From: Octopus vulgaris
Taxonomy: Eukaryota
Direction: 5' to 3'
NCBI GenBank assembly: GCA_951406725.2
Contig: OX597819.1
Span: 111,910,001 to 111,974,000 of the forward strand
DNA length: 64,000 nt
A program made the position numbers and the translations under genes. This document shows positions 40,877-54,329 of the stretch, one piece after another. The notes below the pieces were generated by a model that did no database searches, was not told the origin of the DNA, and saw only the letters and a program-made list of their open reading frames with translations. Position 1 is the stretch's first letter. Every line of letters starts with the position of its first letter.

Positions 40877-40960
40877 TGGCTGAAGATTGCTCAACATTTT
40901 AAAACTGATGTAATACTTACAATGTTTAATAAACTAATGTAGCATGAAACGATCGTACCA
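40877..40960 (+). ncRNA. Type I hammerhead ribozyme, family P1, intact core
   Basis: TGG-CTGAAGA(40880-40886)-tTGCT..ACATT...AATGT-AGCAt-GAAAC(40946-40950)-GATC-GTA-CCA, followed by the P1 terminus and (TA)n. Confidence 0.75.
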
Positions 40961-40998
40961 AATTACCGAAGATATTCTTGTTGCTTAGTTTGAGTATA

Positions 40999-41088
<90 letters not shown>

Positions 41089-41117
41089 GATATATAAAAT
41101 ATTTGTGAATATATATA

Positions 41118-41190
<73 letters not shown>

Positions 41191-41220
41191 ATATATATAT
41201 ATGTGAATATATATATATAT

Positions 41221-41270
<50 letters not shown>

Positions 41271-41374
41271 AATATATATATATATTCATATATATATATA
41301 TATGTGTGAATATATATATATATATTCATATATATATATATATATATATGTGAATATATATATATATATGAATA

Positions 41375-43152
41375 TATATATACATACATTTTCATACATA
41401 CCCCCCACACACACATATACATACATGCATACATACACACATATATACTCACATATATGCATACATACTTGCACTCCGTCGGTTACCACGAGGAGTGTTC
41501 CCAAACGAATAGCCTGCTCGTGAATTTAACGTGCAACGGCTGAGCACACTACAATCACGCATATCCTAAACGTAGTTCTCTTGGAGATGGAACATGAATG
41601 AGAATGTGATATGGCTGGCCCTTTGAAATACAGGTACAGCTCAATTTTGACAACTGGGTGAACTAGAGCAACGGGAAATAGTGTCTTATTTAAAGGCAAA
41701 ACACCTCATCAGGAATTGAACTCACGAGCTTACAGCCGTGAGCCGAATACCGTAACTACGAAGTCATGCGCCTTGCACACACATACATACATACAGACAC
41801 TAGCCTACGTATCAATAGAGTACTACCTACCGCCATGATTTAGAAAGTTTATTCAAAAGAAGAATGTTTCTACTTATTAAAGTACAATATATAGATATGT
41901 GAGAGGAATTAATTCATTTGAATAAATTATTTAGAGCAGAAAAAAACTGCTTTTTAACCATAAACAAATAGAAGCAAAATATCATGGATACGATTATAAT
42001 CAGTTTTCCTAAAGAAGATAGATAACAATCTTAATTAATTATACGTCATAAAAGAGAAAACAGTCCCAGTTAATTATACGTTGTATAACAGAGATTCTTT
42101 TTCTTTTCTTTTTCATTAGACTGCGGTCATGCTGGAGCACCCCTTTGAAGAATTTTCAGTCAAACAAATCGATTCCAGCACCTATTTTTTTTACTTGCTT
42201 CTTATACTGCCAGTGTCTTTTGCCGAACCGTTAGGTTACGGGGACATATATACACCAGGACCGGTTGTCAAACGGTAGTAGGATCAAACACAAACAAAAA
42301 GAAACACACACGCACACAAATACGCGCGCATACACGCACACACACACACACACACACACGTACGCAGACACACACATATACACGTATACGATGGGCTTCT
42401 TTCAGTTTCCGTCTTCTAAATCCACTCAATGTTTTGGTCAGCCCGAGGTTATAGTAAAAGACACTTGCCCAGGGTGCCACGCAGTGGGTCCGAACCCGGA
42501 TACATATAGATACATATTTCATAAACACACACAAACATACTCTTTTACTCTTTTACTTGTTTCAGTCATTTGACTGCGGCCATACTGGAGCACCGCCTTT
42601 AGTCGAGCAAATCTACCCCGGGACTTATTCTTTGTAAGCCCAGTACTTACTCTATCAGTCTATTTTCCCGAACCGCTAAGTGACGGGGACGTAAACACAC
42701 CAGCATCGGTTGTCAAGCAATGCTAGAGGGACAAACACAGACACACAAACACACACATACATATATACGACGGGTTTCTTTCAGTTTCCGTCGACCAAAT
42801 CCACTCACAAGGCATTGGTCAGCCCGGGGCTATAGCAGAAGACACTTGCCCAAGATGCTACGCAGTGGGACTGAACCCGGAACCATGTGGTTGGTTACCA
42901 AATCCACTCACGAGGATTTGATTGACCCGAACCTATAGTAGAATTCACTTGCCCAAGGTGACGCGCAGTGAGACTGAAACCAAGATCACATACTTGCGAA
43001 GTAAGCTTCTTAACTACACAGCCATGCTTATTGTTTCTCTAGCGTTGGTCAAGTGATGTAGATACCTCTGATTTGGTTTGTTCGTCATTTTAACAATCTA
43101 TGGAGAAATAGTTAAATTTGCTATGCTTTTGTTGATGTCTACTGCGTAGGTT

Positions 43153-43153
<1 letters not shown>
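41375..43153 (-). repeat. Right arm of inverted duplication, with an extra SINE A at 42539-42899
   Basis: Reverse complement of 35885-37580. Confidence 0.9.
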
Positions 43154-43184
<31 letters not shown>

Positions 43185-43238
43185 TGTATGTATGTATGTA
43201 TGTATGTATGTATGTATGTATGTATGTATGTATGTATG

Positions 43239-43797
43239 TGGTGTCAGGTCACTTTTGAGTGCTACTAGTAACATGTAACCCAGTACAACCTGTTGCATGG
43301 TCGGGTCGTCGGCGACTAAACCGGCAACCCCACCAAGCTTGCTTGGTGAGGAGGGTGTTTATTGGACATCCTGCGGGATGAAAAACAAAACCCGTCAAAG
43401 GGCGGAGGAACTCTTGAGAGTCAACGGCCATCCAATAAATGTCTTAAGGCTGGATCATGCGCGGGGACATAGAAATAATCGGACTGAATACCTGATCGAG
43501 TGGTTAAACCATTTGGAGTGAAGGACTCCTAGCCTTTGTTAGGGCATCCTTCTAGGAGAATGTAACTCAGATAACTGGGATAACTCCGACATAAAACCTG
43601 CGGCTCAGTGGTTACCGATGATGTTGACTTGTTCTTCTTTTCGGATTATGGCTGCTGTTGCTTAGTGAGTGGGATTGACTCAGTGCACAGCCCTTCCCGA
43701 CTTTAAAAAAAATCTTCTTGCACAGGTATTGCACGACAACAACATTGTTTAAGCTTCGTGCAGTAGCCATACTCGATAACGAGGGGACAGCCACCAT
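43239..43797 (+). mobile_element. Longer copy of the (TATG)n-embedded non-autonomous retroposon
   Basis: Shares about 380 bp with 3405-3783. Contains CTAGCCTTTGTTAGGGCATCCTTCTAGGAGAA, reminiscent of RTE 5' UTRs. Confidence 0.75.
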
Positions 43798-44060
43798 ACC
43801 ATGTATGTATGTATGTCATTGTTCAGTTTTATTTCAAGATTTCTTGCCAATAGAGAAAGAGGCGGTTTCTAACCTAGATCCGAGCCTCCTTCATTGGAAT
43901 TTCATCAATAACAGGGTATTTTTGTATGTATGTATGTATGTATGTATGTATGTATGTATGTATGTATGTATGTATGTATGTATGTATGTATGTACTTACG
44001 TATTACGTATTACGTATGCATGTATGTGTGTATGTACGTATAGATAGCTAGATAGATAAT

Positions 44061-44155
<95 letters not shown>

Positions 44156-44673
44156 GGTGGGTGCATGCGTGGCTATGTGGTAAGAAGTTTGCTACCCAGT
44201 CACATGGTTCCGGATTCAGTTTCACCTCTTACCACACATCCAAGCCTGCGGCTATGAGTAATGTCTCTCTCCCTCCTTCTCCCTCTCTCTCTCTCTCTCT
44301 CTCTATTTCTCTTTCTCTCTTCACTCTCACTCCTTCTCACTCTTCCATTCTCTTTATGTGTATGCATATATTTCTGCCCCCGCACGCGCATGTTTGCTTC
44401 TATATTACAAAGGCCTACTTTCGCCAAAACAAGTTCAATGTCAGTCAGTCATACCAAACAACCACGTTCAATCGTTTCATTCCAGTTTCGGCTTCTTCAG
44501 TATCTCATATCACGTATTATATGTCACCTTGCACCGAAGCTCCCTCCTACATACGTCCCTCCTCCTCTTCCTCGCCCTCTCAGAATATTATCATTCACTT
44601 CATTCATGCTACACACCACCTTCTATTGTTCCCTACATGTGTTGTTCACGTGGCGCCATGGAGTTATTTATTA

Positions 44674-45701
44674 CAGGGTGTTCAAAAAGTATCTTCGAGG
44701 TGAATTTTTCGGTGAACGGATTATTTCGAAGGGACTTTGACCACCAAGATCACCTGATTTAACAGTGCCAGACATTTTTTTCTGGGGAACAAGTACAGGA
44801 TCAGTGTACAAGAATCGCCTGAAAACCATTCATGGGCTAAATGACGCAATCGTAACCTTCACACGGTCCATACCGCGTCAGATTCTCCAAGATGTATTTC
44901 AAAACATGTGTAGAAGAGTCAACTTATGTATTGAAAATGAAGGACGACACTTTCAACACCTCTTATAAAGTTTTTTAATGTCATGTAAAGTCTAATACAT
45001 TCTTTTGGTATCTTATACCTATTTCTTTACTACCCACAAGGGGCTAAACACAGAGGGGACAAACAAGGGCAGACAAACGGATTAAGTCTATCACATCGAC
45101 CCCAGGGCGTAACTGGTACTTAATTTATCGACCCTGAAAGGATGAAAGACAAAGTTGACCTCGGCGGAACTTAAACTCAGAACGTAACGGCAGACGAAAT
45201 ACCGATTTCTTTATTACCCACAAGGGGCTAAACATAGAGTGGACAAACAAGGACAGACAAACGGATTAAGTCGGTTATATCGACCCGAGTGCGTAACTGG
45301 TGCTTAATTTATCGATCCCGAAAGGATGAAAGGCAAAGTCGACCTCGGCGGAATTTGATCTCAGAACCCACAAAGCATTTCGCCCGGCGTGCTAAAGTTT
45401 CTTGCTTCTTTATTGTCCACAAGGGGCTAAATACAGAGGGGACAAACAAGGACAGACAAAGAGATTACATCCGTCCCAGTGCGTAACTGGTACTTAATTT
45501 ATCGACCCCGAAAGGATGAAAGGCAGAGTCGACCTCGGCGAAATTTGAACTCAGAACGTAAAGACAGACGAAATACTCCTAAGTATTTCGCCCGGCGTGG
45601 TAACGTTTCTGCCAGCTCGCCGCCCTGGTATCCTATACCATCTTATAAATATTTATTTTGCAATAAAATACTTACTGCGAAGAGACTTTTTGAACACCCT
45701 G
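44674..45701 (+). mobile_element. Internally deleted Tc1/mariner element with TIRs and TA TSD
   Basis: TIR CAGGGTGTTCAAAAAGT at both ends. Translation gives EFFGERIISKGL*PPRSPDLT...VYKNR...RRVNLCIENEGRHFQHLL. Confidence 0.92.
45020..45625 (-). mobile_element. SINE family B concatemer nested in the transposon
   Basis: About 3 units. 14-bp TSD TGGTATC(T/C)TATACC at 45006-45019 and 45626-45639. Confidence 0.92.
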
Positions 45702-45831
45702 TATTACCAAATTATACACTCTCTCCTTTAACCTTTTTGCTACAATATTTCAGTCAAAATATAATCCATCTGTTTCAATTTATTTTGAAAAATAATGTAG
45801 AAGTTATTAAAATAAATTCATTTTTATTAAG

Positions 45832-46232
45832 ACTAGCAGTATAGCCCAGCGTTGCTCGGGCTTGTTTTCTTTTCGACCCTTTAGAATTGGAATTTTTGAA
45901 AAGTAAAAAATTTGCATTATGTAGCTTTTTATTCTCTTTAAGTGAACATTTTTCTAGTTGAAATACATCGAAAAATGGCGACACAACAGCAAAAAAAATC
46001 ATGAAATATAGGGATTTTCACAGAAAAAAAGCACCTTTTTGATGTAAATAATTTTTGGTGTTAACATGCTCCGATTTGAATTTTTTCTTCAACAGAAGGA
46101 AGAGCAAGCCTTCTTCTATCATACTCTCAATTTTGGTCAACTTGCGCCGCAGAGTTTCGGAGAAGATAGTGTTAGTTGAAATCTACCAAACCTTCCACAC
46201 ACAGACAACTTCAGCTTTATATAGAGAGAGAT
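45832..46232 (+). mobile_element. Non-autonomous Helitron/Helentron-like element
   Basis: 5' ACTAGCAGTATAGCCCAGCGTTGCTCGGG hairpin start and 3' CAGCTTTATATAGAGAGAGAT end, with no TSD. Confidence 0.5.
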
Positions 46233-46824
46233 TTATCAAACATAAAGGAGCATGACTTTAAAGTTGGGAGTTTGCATCATAGATCCACAGGGATGTGGGT
46301 CGTTTCGTAGAAGTTATTAAAATAACCTTGTTTTTATTAAGGTATATCCAACATAAATGAACACGGCATTTTGGTGAAAAAAACTTTAATTAAGGCCACT
46401 TTAAAGTAGGGAGTTTGCATTATAGATCCAGAGGGATATGAGGCATTTTGGCATTGAAGCATCGCTGACTCAATGCTAATTTATTTGACAGCGTTTCTCT
46501 CGTTCTCTCCCACAGCACCCACCTCTCGTCGTCTCATTCCGAGATCCAAAGGCAGCGATCGGCTGATTGGTATCAAAAGAGTTAAGCATCTCTTTTAGTT
46601 TTTTATCTTTTACTTGTTTCGGTTATCAGACTGAGGCCATGAATCGACACCAGTATCTATTTCTTTTTAAGCGTGGTACTTATTCTATCGGTCTCTTTTG
46701 CTGAACCGCTAACTTACGGGGACACAAACACACCAACACCGGTTGTCAAGCGGCGGTGGAAGACAAACACACACACACATATACATGTACACACACACAC
46801 ACACACACATACACACACACACAT

Positions 46825-46870
<46 letters not shown>

Positions 46871-47513
46871 CATAAGGGACTAAAGCCATCTGAATATGGC
46901 TAGGGACAGGGCAGGGTGGTGGGGGTGTTACTGTTGCATTTAGCCCCAGGCGAACATCGACGTCGCCAGATAGGCTTGACACCATCACGGTGTTCCTTTA
47001 ACCTGCAAAGGGAGATAATTCCCCGATGAAGCGGAAACCACACACGGACCATGGTTTCAAGGTGTATTGCCTATCATCAACGTGTGGTAGGCCTCCGCTT
47101 CCTCGACGAAATCTCACTCTGCAGGATATTCATATATAGATTTTCAAGCAAAATACATTTGCTGATTTCGAAAATCTGTTCGACAGCAATAATAATTCTC
47201 TAAAAGAGATATAGACAGTAACTCGGAGTTTTATCATGGCTACCGAATAATTGCTACATATTACATTTACAGATATATATATATATATATATATACAACT
47301 GTAAGAGCTCGTTTCATGTTTTAATGCCACTTTAACTAGGCATATTTATAAACTACGCCATGTATCTTCAAGCAATATGTCTAGTTAAAGTATCATGAAA
47401 ACATAACACTATTAGTCGCTCTTTCGGCTGTGTAATAAATTCATGTGGTACTGGTACTCCATCTCACACTGGATGGAGTACCTTTTTTGTTTGTTGATTC
47501 TATCTATATTGGA

Positions 47514-47567
<54 letters not shown>

Positions 47568-48121
47568 GTGTGTGTATGTGTAATGTATGTATGCATGAAT
47601 ATATGTATGTATGCATGTATATATACTTCGTTTTTGTATCTGGTTTGCAAGATTCTTTTTTTCTTTTGTGAATTCGTGTATTGAAGCAAATTTTGGTGTG
47701 TCAGAGGAAAGTCATATTGTTTTAATTGGAAGAAAAAATCTAAATAATAAACTAGTGGAAATCGAACCGGTGCGTATGTTAGATAATAAGACAATATGAC
47801 TCTACCCATACACAACAACATATATTTACTTTGTTTTTGTTTTTGTGTTTTTTGTTTCTTTGTTCTCTTCTAAACAAACCCCACCAAAAATCCCCTGTTT
47901 TACATAACTGAACAGGCGGAGGAGTGGCTGCGTGGTAAGTAGCTTGCATACCAACCACATGGTTCCGGGTTCAGTCCCACTGCGTGGCAACTTGGGCAAG
48001 TGTCTTCTACTATAGCCTTGGGCCGACCAAAGCCTTGTGAGTTGATTTGGTGGACGGAAACTGAAAGTAGCCCGTCGTATGTATGTATGTATGTATGTAT
48101 ATATATATATATATATATATA

Positions 48122-48859
48122 AAATGAGATAGGGGTTGAAAATTCAACCCACCATGGGATAATATATATCCAATATACTGCCAGATAGGTACCCAACAAG
48201 ATTAATACATAGATGTTAAAAATTGTCAAACAATCAGTTCATCTAATGTATTATATGGGTAAAGGTAATAATATTACCGTAAATTAATACTACAAAATTA
48301 GAGAATGGAGAAACATACTTAAATCAATAAAACATCAACTATCCGATGATACCCAATCAATACTTTAATACACCATTACATATGAGTAGAGGCATTATAC
48401 AAAAAGAGATATACATTAATAGTAAAAAGATAAAGAGATATAAGTAAAAAATTTCAAATATAATATGCAATTAATCAAAACTGACAGCTGTTTCGGCAGT
48501 GAGGGCAGTCATACCTCATTTAACCTATAAGCCATAAAGGCAGGTATAAATGAGGCATTAACAAGGATGCCCCACGGCCTCTTCAGAGAATTAAATTAAA
48601 TTTGTTATAATTGTGAAAAATATTATATAATCATATACATATAAATATAAAAATATAAAAATGTAAAATATAAAAACTTATACATCATAATGCTACACTT
48701 ATATAATATAATACACATTGGTACAATAAAGGAAGGTAAACAGAACAAAATAAAACAAAATATATATCAGTGTATATATTAATATTAATAAGTACCGATA
48801 TTATACATATTTGGCTAATATTTTTTTTTTTTAAAAACCTAACACATAGGGAGATGAAA

Positions 48860-48904
<45 letters not shown>

Positions 48905-49512
48905 TAAAACCATGGTTCAGTTCATAAAATTCTAAAGCTATAAAAGTTAACTCCCTATGTGTTAGGTTTTTTTAAAAAAAATATTAGCCAAATATGTATA
49001 ATATCGGTACTTATTAATATTAATATATACACTGATATATATTTTGTTTTATTTTGTTCTGTTTACCTTCCTTTATTGTACCAATGTGTATTATATTATA
49101 TAAGTGTAGCATTATGATGTATAAGTTTTTATATTTTACATTTTTATATTTTTATATTTATATGTATATGATTATATAATATTTTTCACAATTATAACAA
49201 ATTTAATTTAATTCTCTGAAGAGGCCGTGGGGCATCCTTGTTAATGCCTCATTTATACCTGCCTTTATGGCTTATAGGTTAAATGAGGTATGACTGCCCT
49301 CACTGCCGAAACAGCTGTCAGTTTTGATTAATTACATATTATATTTGAAATTTTTTACTTATATCTCTTTATCTTTTTACTATTAATGTATATCTCTTTT
49401 TGTATAATGCCTCTACTCATATGTAATGGTGTATTAAAGTATTGATTGGGTATCATCGGATAGTTGATGTTTTATTGATTTAAGTATGTTTCTCCATTCT
49501 CTAATTTTGTAG

Positions 49513-49515
<3 letters not shown>
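48122..49515. mobile_element. Fold-back PLE-like element, family P2 (long)
   Basis: Near-identical arms at 48287-48853 and 48951-49515, a 97-bp spacer and a 165-bp left extension. Confidence 0.92.
49214..49321 (+). ncRNA. Type I hammerhead ribozyme with 85-nt stem II (mirror copy at 48483-48586 on -)
   Basis: CTGAAGA 49216-49222 and GAAAC-AGCT-GTC 49308-49319. Stem II pairs GGC/GCC, GTG/CAC, GGGCA/TGCCC and ATGCCTCATTTA/TAAATGAGGTAT. Confidence 0.8.
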
Positions 49516-49582
<67 letters not shown>

Positions 49583-50170
49583 TATGTTTGTGTGTCTGTA
49601 TTTGTCTCCCCAACATCACTTGACAACCGATACTGGTGTGTATACGTCCCCGTAACTTAGCGGTTCGGCAAAAGAGACCGTCAGAATAAGTACTAGGCTT
49701 ACAAACAATAAGTCCTGCGGTCGATTTGCTCGACTAAAGGCGGTGCTCCAGCATGGCCGCAGTCAAATGATTGAAACAAGTAAAAGAATAACAGAATAAA
49801 AGCTGTTAGTAAATTCACAAAATTCTATTTGACAAGATCGAGAAACGAACGAATGCGCTAATGATGAATAAATAAAAAGAGTTTTTCCAAAATTCTGGAA
49901 ACCTTTTTTCTCAATATATATTGCCTTCGAAACACGCTAGAGTCGAACAAGTGACAGCTGATGAAGGGGATATTTCCTTGTGTAGTATGTCCTGTACTCT
50001 GTTTTCCTGTTGTAAAAAAATGGTTTTTCCGTTTTCGTTTCTCGTTGAGTTCTACGTCTAGTTGTGGTGTCCTGTACTCACGTATATATATTTATATATG
50101 CATGTATATATACATGTAGATGTAGGTACGTACATATATGTTTGTATGTATGCATATATTTTATTTATTA

Positions 50171-50222
<52 letters not shown>

Positions 50223-50262
50223 TAATTATATACATATAATTATAATTAAGGGTACTGAGGAA

Positions 50263-50512
50263 CAGCACCAACATGCTAGAGATAGACATCAAATGACTCT
50301 AAAACCACATCATTTACATTCCATTAGCACAGGTTCAAAGCGTGCAAACGAATAAAAAGATTTAGCAAAATATTTTAAAGGTTAATTCTAACTCGAACGA
50401 TTTCTGGTTTAGTAATATAAAAATTACTCGACCTTCGACAGTAAAATATGCCAAAAAGTACATAAATACAAATATATAAATACATACCAGTACAAATACA
50501 TGCATATATACA

Positions 50513-50592
<80 letters not shown>

Positions 50593-50818
50593 TATATATA
50601 TATACACGAATACATACATATATTCACACGTAAATACGAGGCGACGAAGATAAAACAATTTTTATATTACTAAACCAGAAATCTTAGATCTAGAATTAGC
50701 CTCTAAAATATTTTTCTAAATATTTTAATCCATTTTCTCGCTTTCAACTGTACTAATGGAGTGTGTAAACGATGTGGTTTAGAGTCATTTAACGTCTATC
50801 TCTAGCATGTTGGTGCTG
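50263..50818. repeat. Diverged about 165-bp inverted repeat flanking (TA)n
   Basis: 50263-50425 versus 50657-50818. Confidence 0.8.
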
Positions 50819-50844
50819 CGCCTGTTTTTGTTTTTGTTTTTTTA

Positions 50845-51476
50845 AATCTGGTATTTATTCTATAGATGGCTTTTGTCCAACTGTTAAGTTACGAGGGACG
50901 TAAACAAACTAACACCACTTTCAAGTGGTAGAAGTACAGACACAAACACAGAAACATAAACAATCATACACATACATACACACACACACAAACACACCAA
51001 CACGCAAACACATACGCAATGTATGTATATATGTATGTATGCATGTATATATGCATTTGTATGTGTGTATGCATGTGTGTAAGTATGTATGCATGCATGT
51101 GTGTATGTATGTATGTGTGTGTGTACGTATGTATGCATGTGTGTATGTGTGTATGTATGTGTGTATGTATGTGCGTATGTATGCATGTGTGTATGTATGC
51201 ATGTGTGTATGTATGTGTGTATGTATGTGTGTATGTATGCATGTATGTGTGTATGCATGTGCATATGTGCTTATGTGTGTATGAATGTATGTTTGTATGT
51301 ATGCATACATGTACGTATGTACAACGAGCTTCCTTCAGTTCAGTCTCACAAATCCATTCACAGGGTTCTGGCAGGCCCAAGGCAATAGTAGAAGACACAT
51401 CTACCCAAGGTACCAGTGGGACTGAACTCCTAAGTTGGTAGGAAACAGAGACCTTACCACGCAACTAAGCCTGCAC
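50845..51476 (-). mobile_element. Old SINE family A with expanded internal microsatellite
   Basis: Diverged body and head. Confidence 0.75.
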
Positions 51477-51654
51477 CAATGTCTAAATTATTAGTAATTT
51501 AATCACCGAATACTGTGTTATTTCATGTTATGTATTCCGACGCATTATCTTTCTCTTTCATTGTCACGACCAAGCCCATGCTGGAGCACTGCTTGTTATC
51601 TGTATATAATGTATTAAGAATCTATTAGTTACGTTATTATTTATTTTCCCCATC

Positions 51655-51970
51655 CACCGAGGTCGACTTTGCCTTTCATCCTTTCGGGATCGATAAATTA
51701 AGTACCTATTTCTTAACTGCCCACAAGGGGCTACACACAGAGGAGACAAACAAGGACAGACAAACTGATTAAGTCGATTACATTGACCCCAGTGCGTAAA
51801 TGGTACTTATTTAATCGACCCCGAAAGGATGAAAGGCAAAGTCGACCTCGGCGGAATTTCAACTTTGCCTTTCATCCATTAAGTACCATTTGCGTACTGG
51901 GGTCGATCTAATCGACTGGCACCACCTCACCAAAAATTTCAGGCCTTGTGCCTAGACTAGAAAAGATTAA
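51655..51970. mobile_element. Rearranged SINE family B pieces (+/-/+)
   Basis: Family B motifs in alternating orientation. Confidence 0.85.
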
Positions 51971-52325
51971 TTTTCCCAGATTATACAAGGTTGCTAGGCA
52001 ACCGACTGATGTCAGTGCTTGATGTTTAACACGACCACATCTCTACTTAACAGAAATTTATTTTTACCACCTCGATCGCGATTTCGTGCCTTCCTGAAGG
52101 ATTATTTATTTGTTGTCTTTCTTTTTCCTCTTTCCTCTCTTCCTTCTTTTTTCCATTCCTTCGTCTTTCTTTCTTCTTTCATTCGTTGTTTTTTATTTGA
52201 TGTTTTACTTTTACGTTTTTTTTTTCTTTTTAATTTTCTGTATTTACTAATTTTCTATCAAATATTCCGTTTAGCACGCTCTAACTTATATTTTTTCCAT
52301 GCGTATATTCGAACTAATGAAGATA

Positions 52326-52575
52326 CATGGCCTAGTGGCCAGGCTGTTGCACTCGCGATTGCTCGTTCATGGGTTCGATTCCCAAGACCGGGCGGTGCGT
52401 TCTGTCCTTGAGCAAAACACTTTATTTCACGCTGCTCCAGTCCCCTTTTCCATCAGAATAGGGTGGGGGTGTTAACCTGCTCGTCTAGTCATCGGGGTAG
52501 TGTCAACCGAAGGCTAAAACGATGCAAAGCGCATTGTGATCAGCGACAGTCTGGTCGGTCACGTGATCAGGTGAC
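52326..52575 (+). mobile_element. tRNA-derived SINE with C/E-type core and a third tail
   Basis: TGGCCTAGTGG...GGTTCGATTCC head and GTCCTTGAGCAAAACACTTTATTTCAC core. Confidence 0.7.
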
Positions 52576-52911
52576 ATTCGGTCTAAGACCCTTCGTGGCG
52601 CAAGTGAAGCAAGCAAAAGATAAAAATAATATAAATGTATCTAATTTAGACACGAATTTAGCAATTTTGAAGGAAAAGGCCTTCAATATGAGGCAGGCAC
52701 TTTATTTTATTGACCCAGGAGGAATGAAAGACAAAGTTGACTTCGGTGGGATTTGAACTCAGAATGTAAAGAGATGTATCTAAATACTGCAAAGCAATTT
52801 GTTCCACACTCTAACAATTCTGCCAACCCTCAACATCCCACCCTCCCTTTTTCCATACATGCTTATCGATACGGACTTGCTTTCACACACTCACGCACGC
52901 AAGGACGCACG

Positions 52912-52955
<44 letters not shown>

Positions 52956-53748
52956 AGAATATGCGTGTATGTAGCATGTCTATGCATCGCTAAATCAGAA
53001 AATAAGGCAGTGCCTGAGGTCTTCTGAGATTGATGGAAGGGAGGTAGGAAGGAAAGAAGAAGGAAGGAAGGAAGGAAGGAAGGAAGGAAGGAAGGAAGGA
53101 AGGAAGGAAGGAAAGAAGGAACGAAGGAAAGAAGGAACGAACGAACGAACGAGCGTGCGAACGAAATGCAGCATGACTCAAAACTGGGTCATCAAATTTC
53201 CAAGTTAAAATAACGGCATAGCAACAGTTTGTTCACGTGAGCGGCCGACTTATGGGCCAGTCAGCAGCGGCACATCACGTGTCAGATCATTCTAGAAGGC
53301 CCTAGAACATTTCGTAATATGGGTTATAAATAGACATGTTTTTAGCACCAACTTCGCTGAAAAGACGTCCAGGCGAAATATCGTCTCCAGGCTTATTTGC
53401 GCAGAGACCAACTGATTCATTCGCTCGCTGCTTTAAATAGTCGTCCTAAAGAATCTTGCACAACATAATGGACAGCAGCTAATGTTTTGTAGTCATGCGC
53501 TCAGCGTGGTTTATTTTCTCCTGTCTTGGCAGCTTAATTACAGAGCCTTTTTAATAAACTACTTGTAAGAGCTACAGAATTTTTCCTCTCCAGTGCATAA
53601 ACTTTATTGTTGCAATTTTTAATTCATGACCAGCATGAAAATTTATTTGTGCAGTAAAATAAAAGTTAGTATTAATTGTTCACGAGGTGTTGTTATGACA
53701 TTCACTCGCAGCTGAACAAACTTCCTTGCGACAGAAGGAAGGAATAAA

Positions 53749-54164
53749 GGCGTCTAGCTGGCAGAAACGTTAGCACGCTGGGCGAGATGCTTAGCAGTAT
53801 TTCGTCTGCCGCTACGTTCTGAGTTCAAATTCCGCCGAGGTCGACTTTGCCTTTCATCCTTTCGGGGTCGATTAAATAATTACCAGTTACACACTAGGGT
53901 CAATATAATCGACTTAATCCGTTTGTCTGTCCTTGTTTGTCCTCTCTGTGTTTAGCCCCTTGTGGATAGTAAAGAAATAGGTATTTCGTCCGCTGTTACG
54001 TTCTGAGTTCAAATTCTACCGAGGTTGACTTTGTCTTTCATCCTTTCGGGGTCGATAAATTAAGTACCAGTTACGCACTTGGGTCGATGTAATCGACTTA
54101 ATCCCTTTGTCTGTCCTTGTTTGTCCTCTCTGTGTCTAGCCCCTTGTGGGTAGTAAAGAAATAA
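53749..54164 (+). mobile_element. SINE family B dimer (one head, two bodies)
   Basis: The second unit restarts at GGTATTTCG. Confidence 0.92.
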
Positions 54165-54329
54165 GTTTTAGATTAACTTGTTTGTAGTCGTGGGTTAACG
54201 TCTGCTATACATTAAAGTGGGAGATCCTCTTTGAAACTCTCAAGGAAGACTTTAAGTGTTTGTCAGTTAAACACTGTGCATATACATATACATTACAGAA
54301 TACAAACAATGAAAACAATATACAAGAGC

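Larger units (their letters stand above)
47914..49795 (+). mobile_element. SINE family A split by a fold-back insertion in its central (TA)n
   Basis: 5' half at 47914-48120 and 3' half at 49516-49795. Confidence 0.92.

Noticed and set aside
47020-47125. Hammerhead-like CCGATGA-AGCGG...CCGCT...GAAAT
   Set aside because: Core changes and spacing do not give a coherent fold. Too weak to call.
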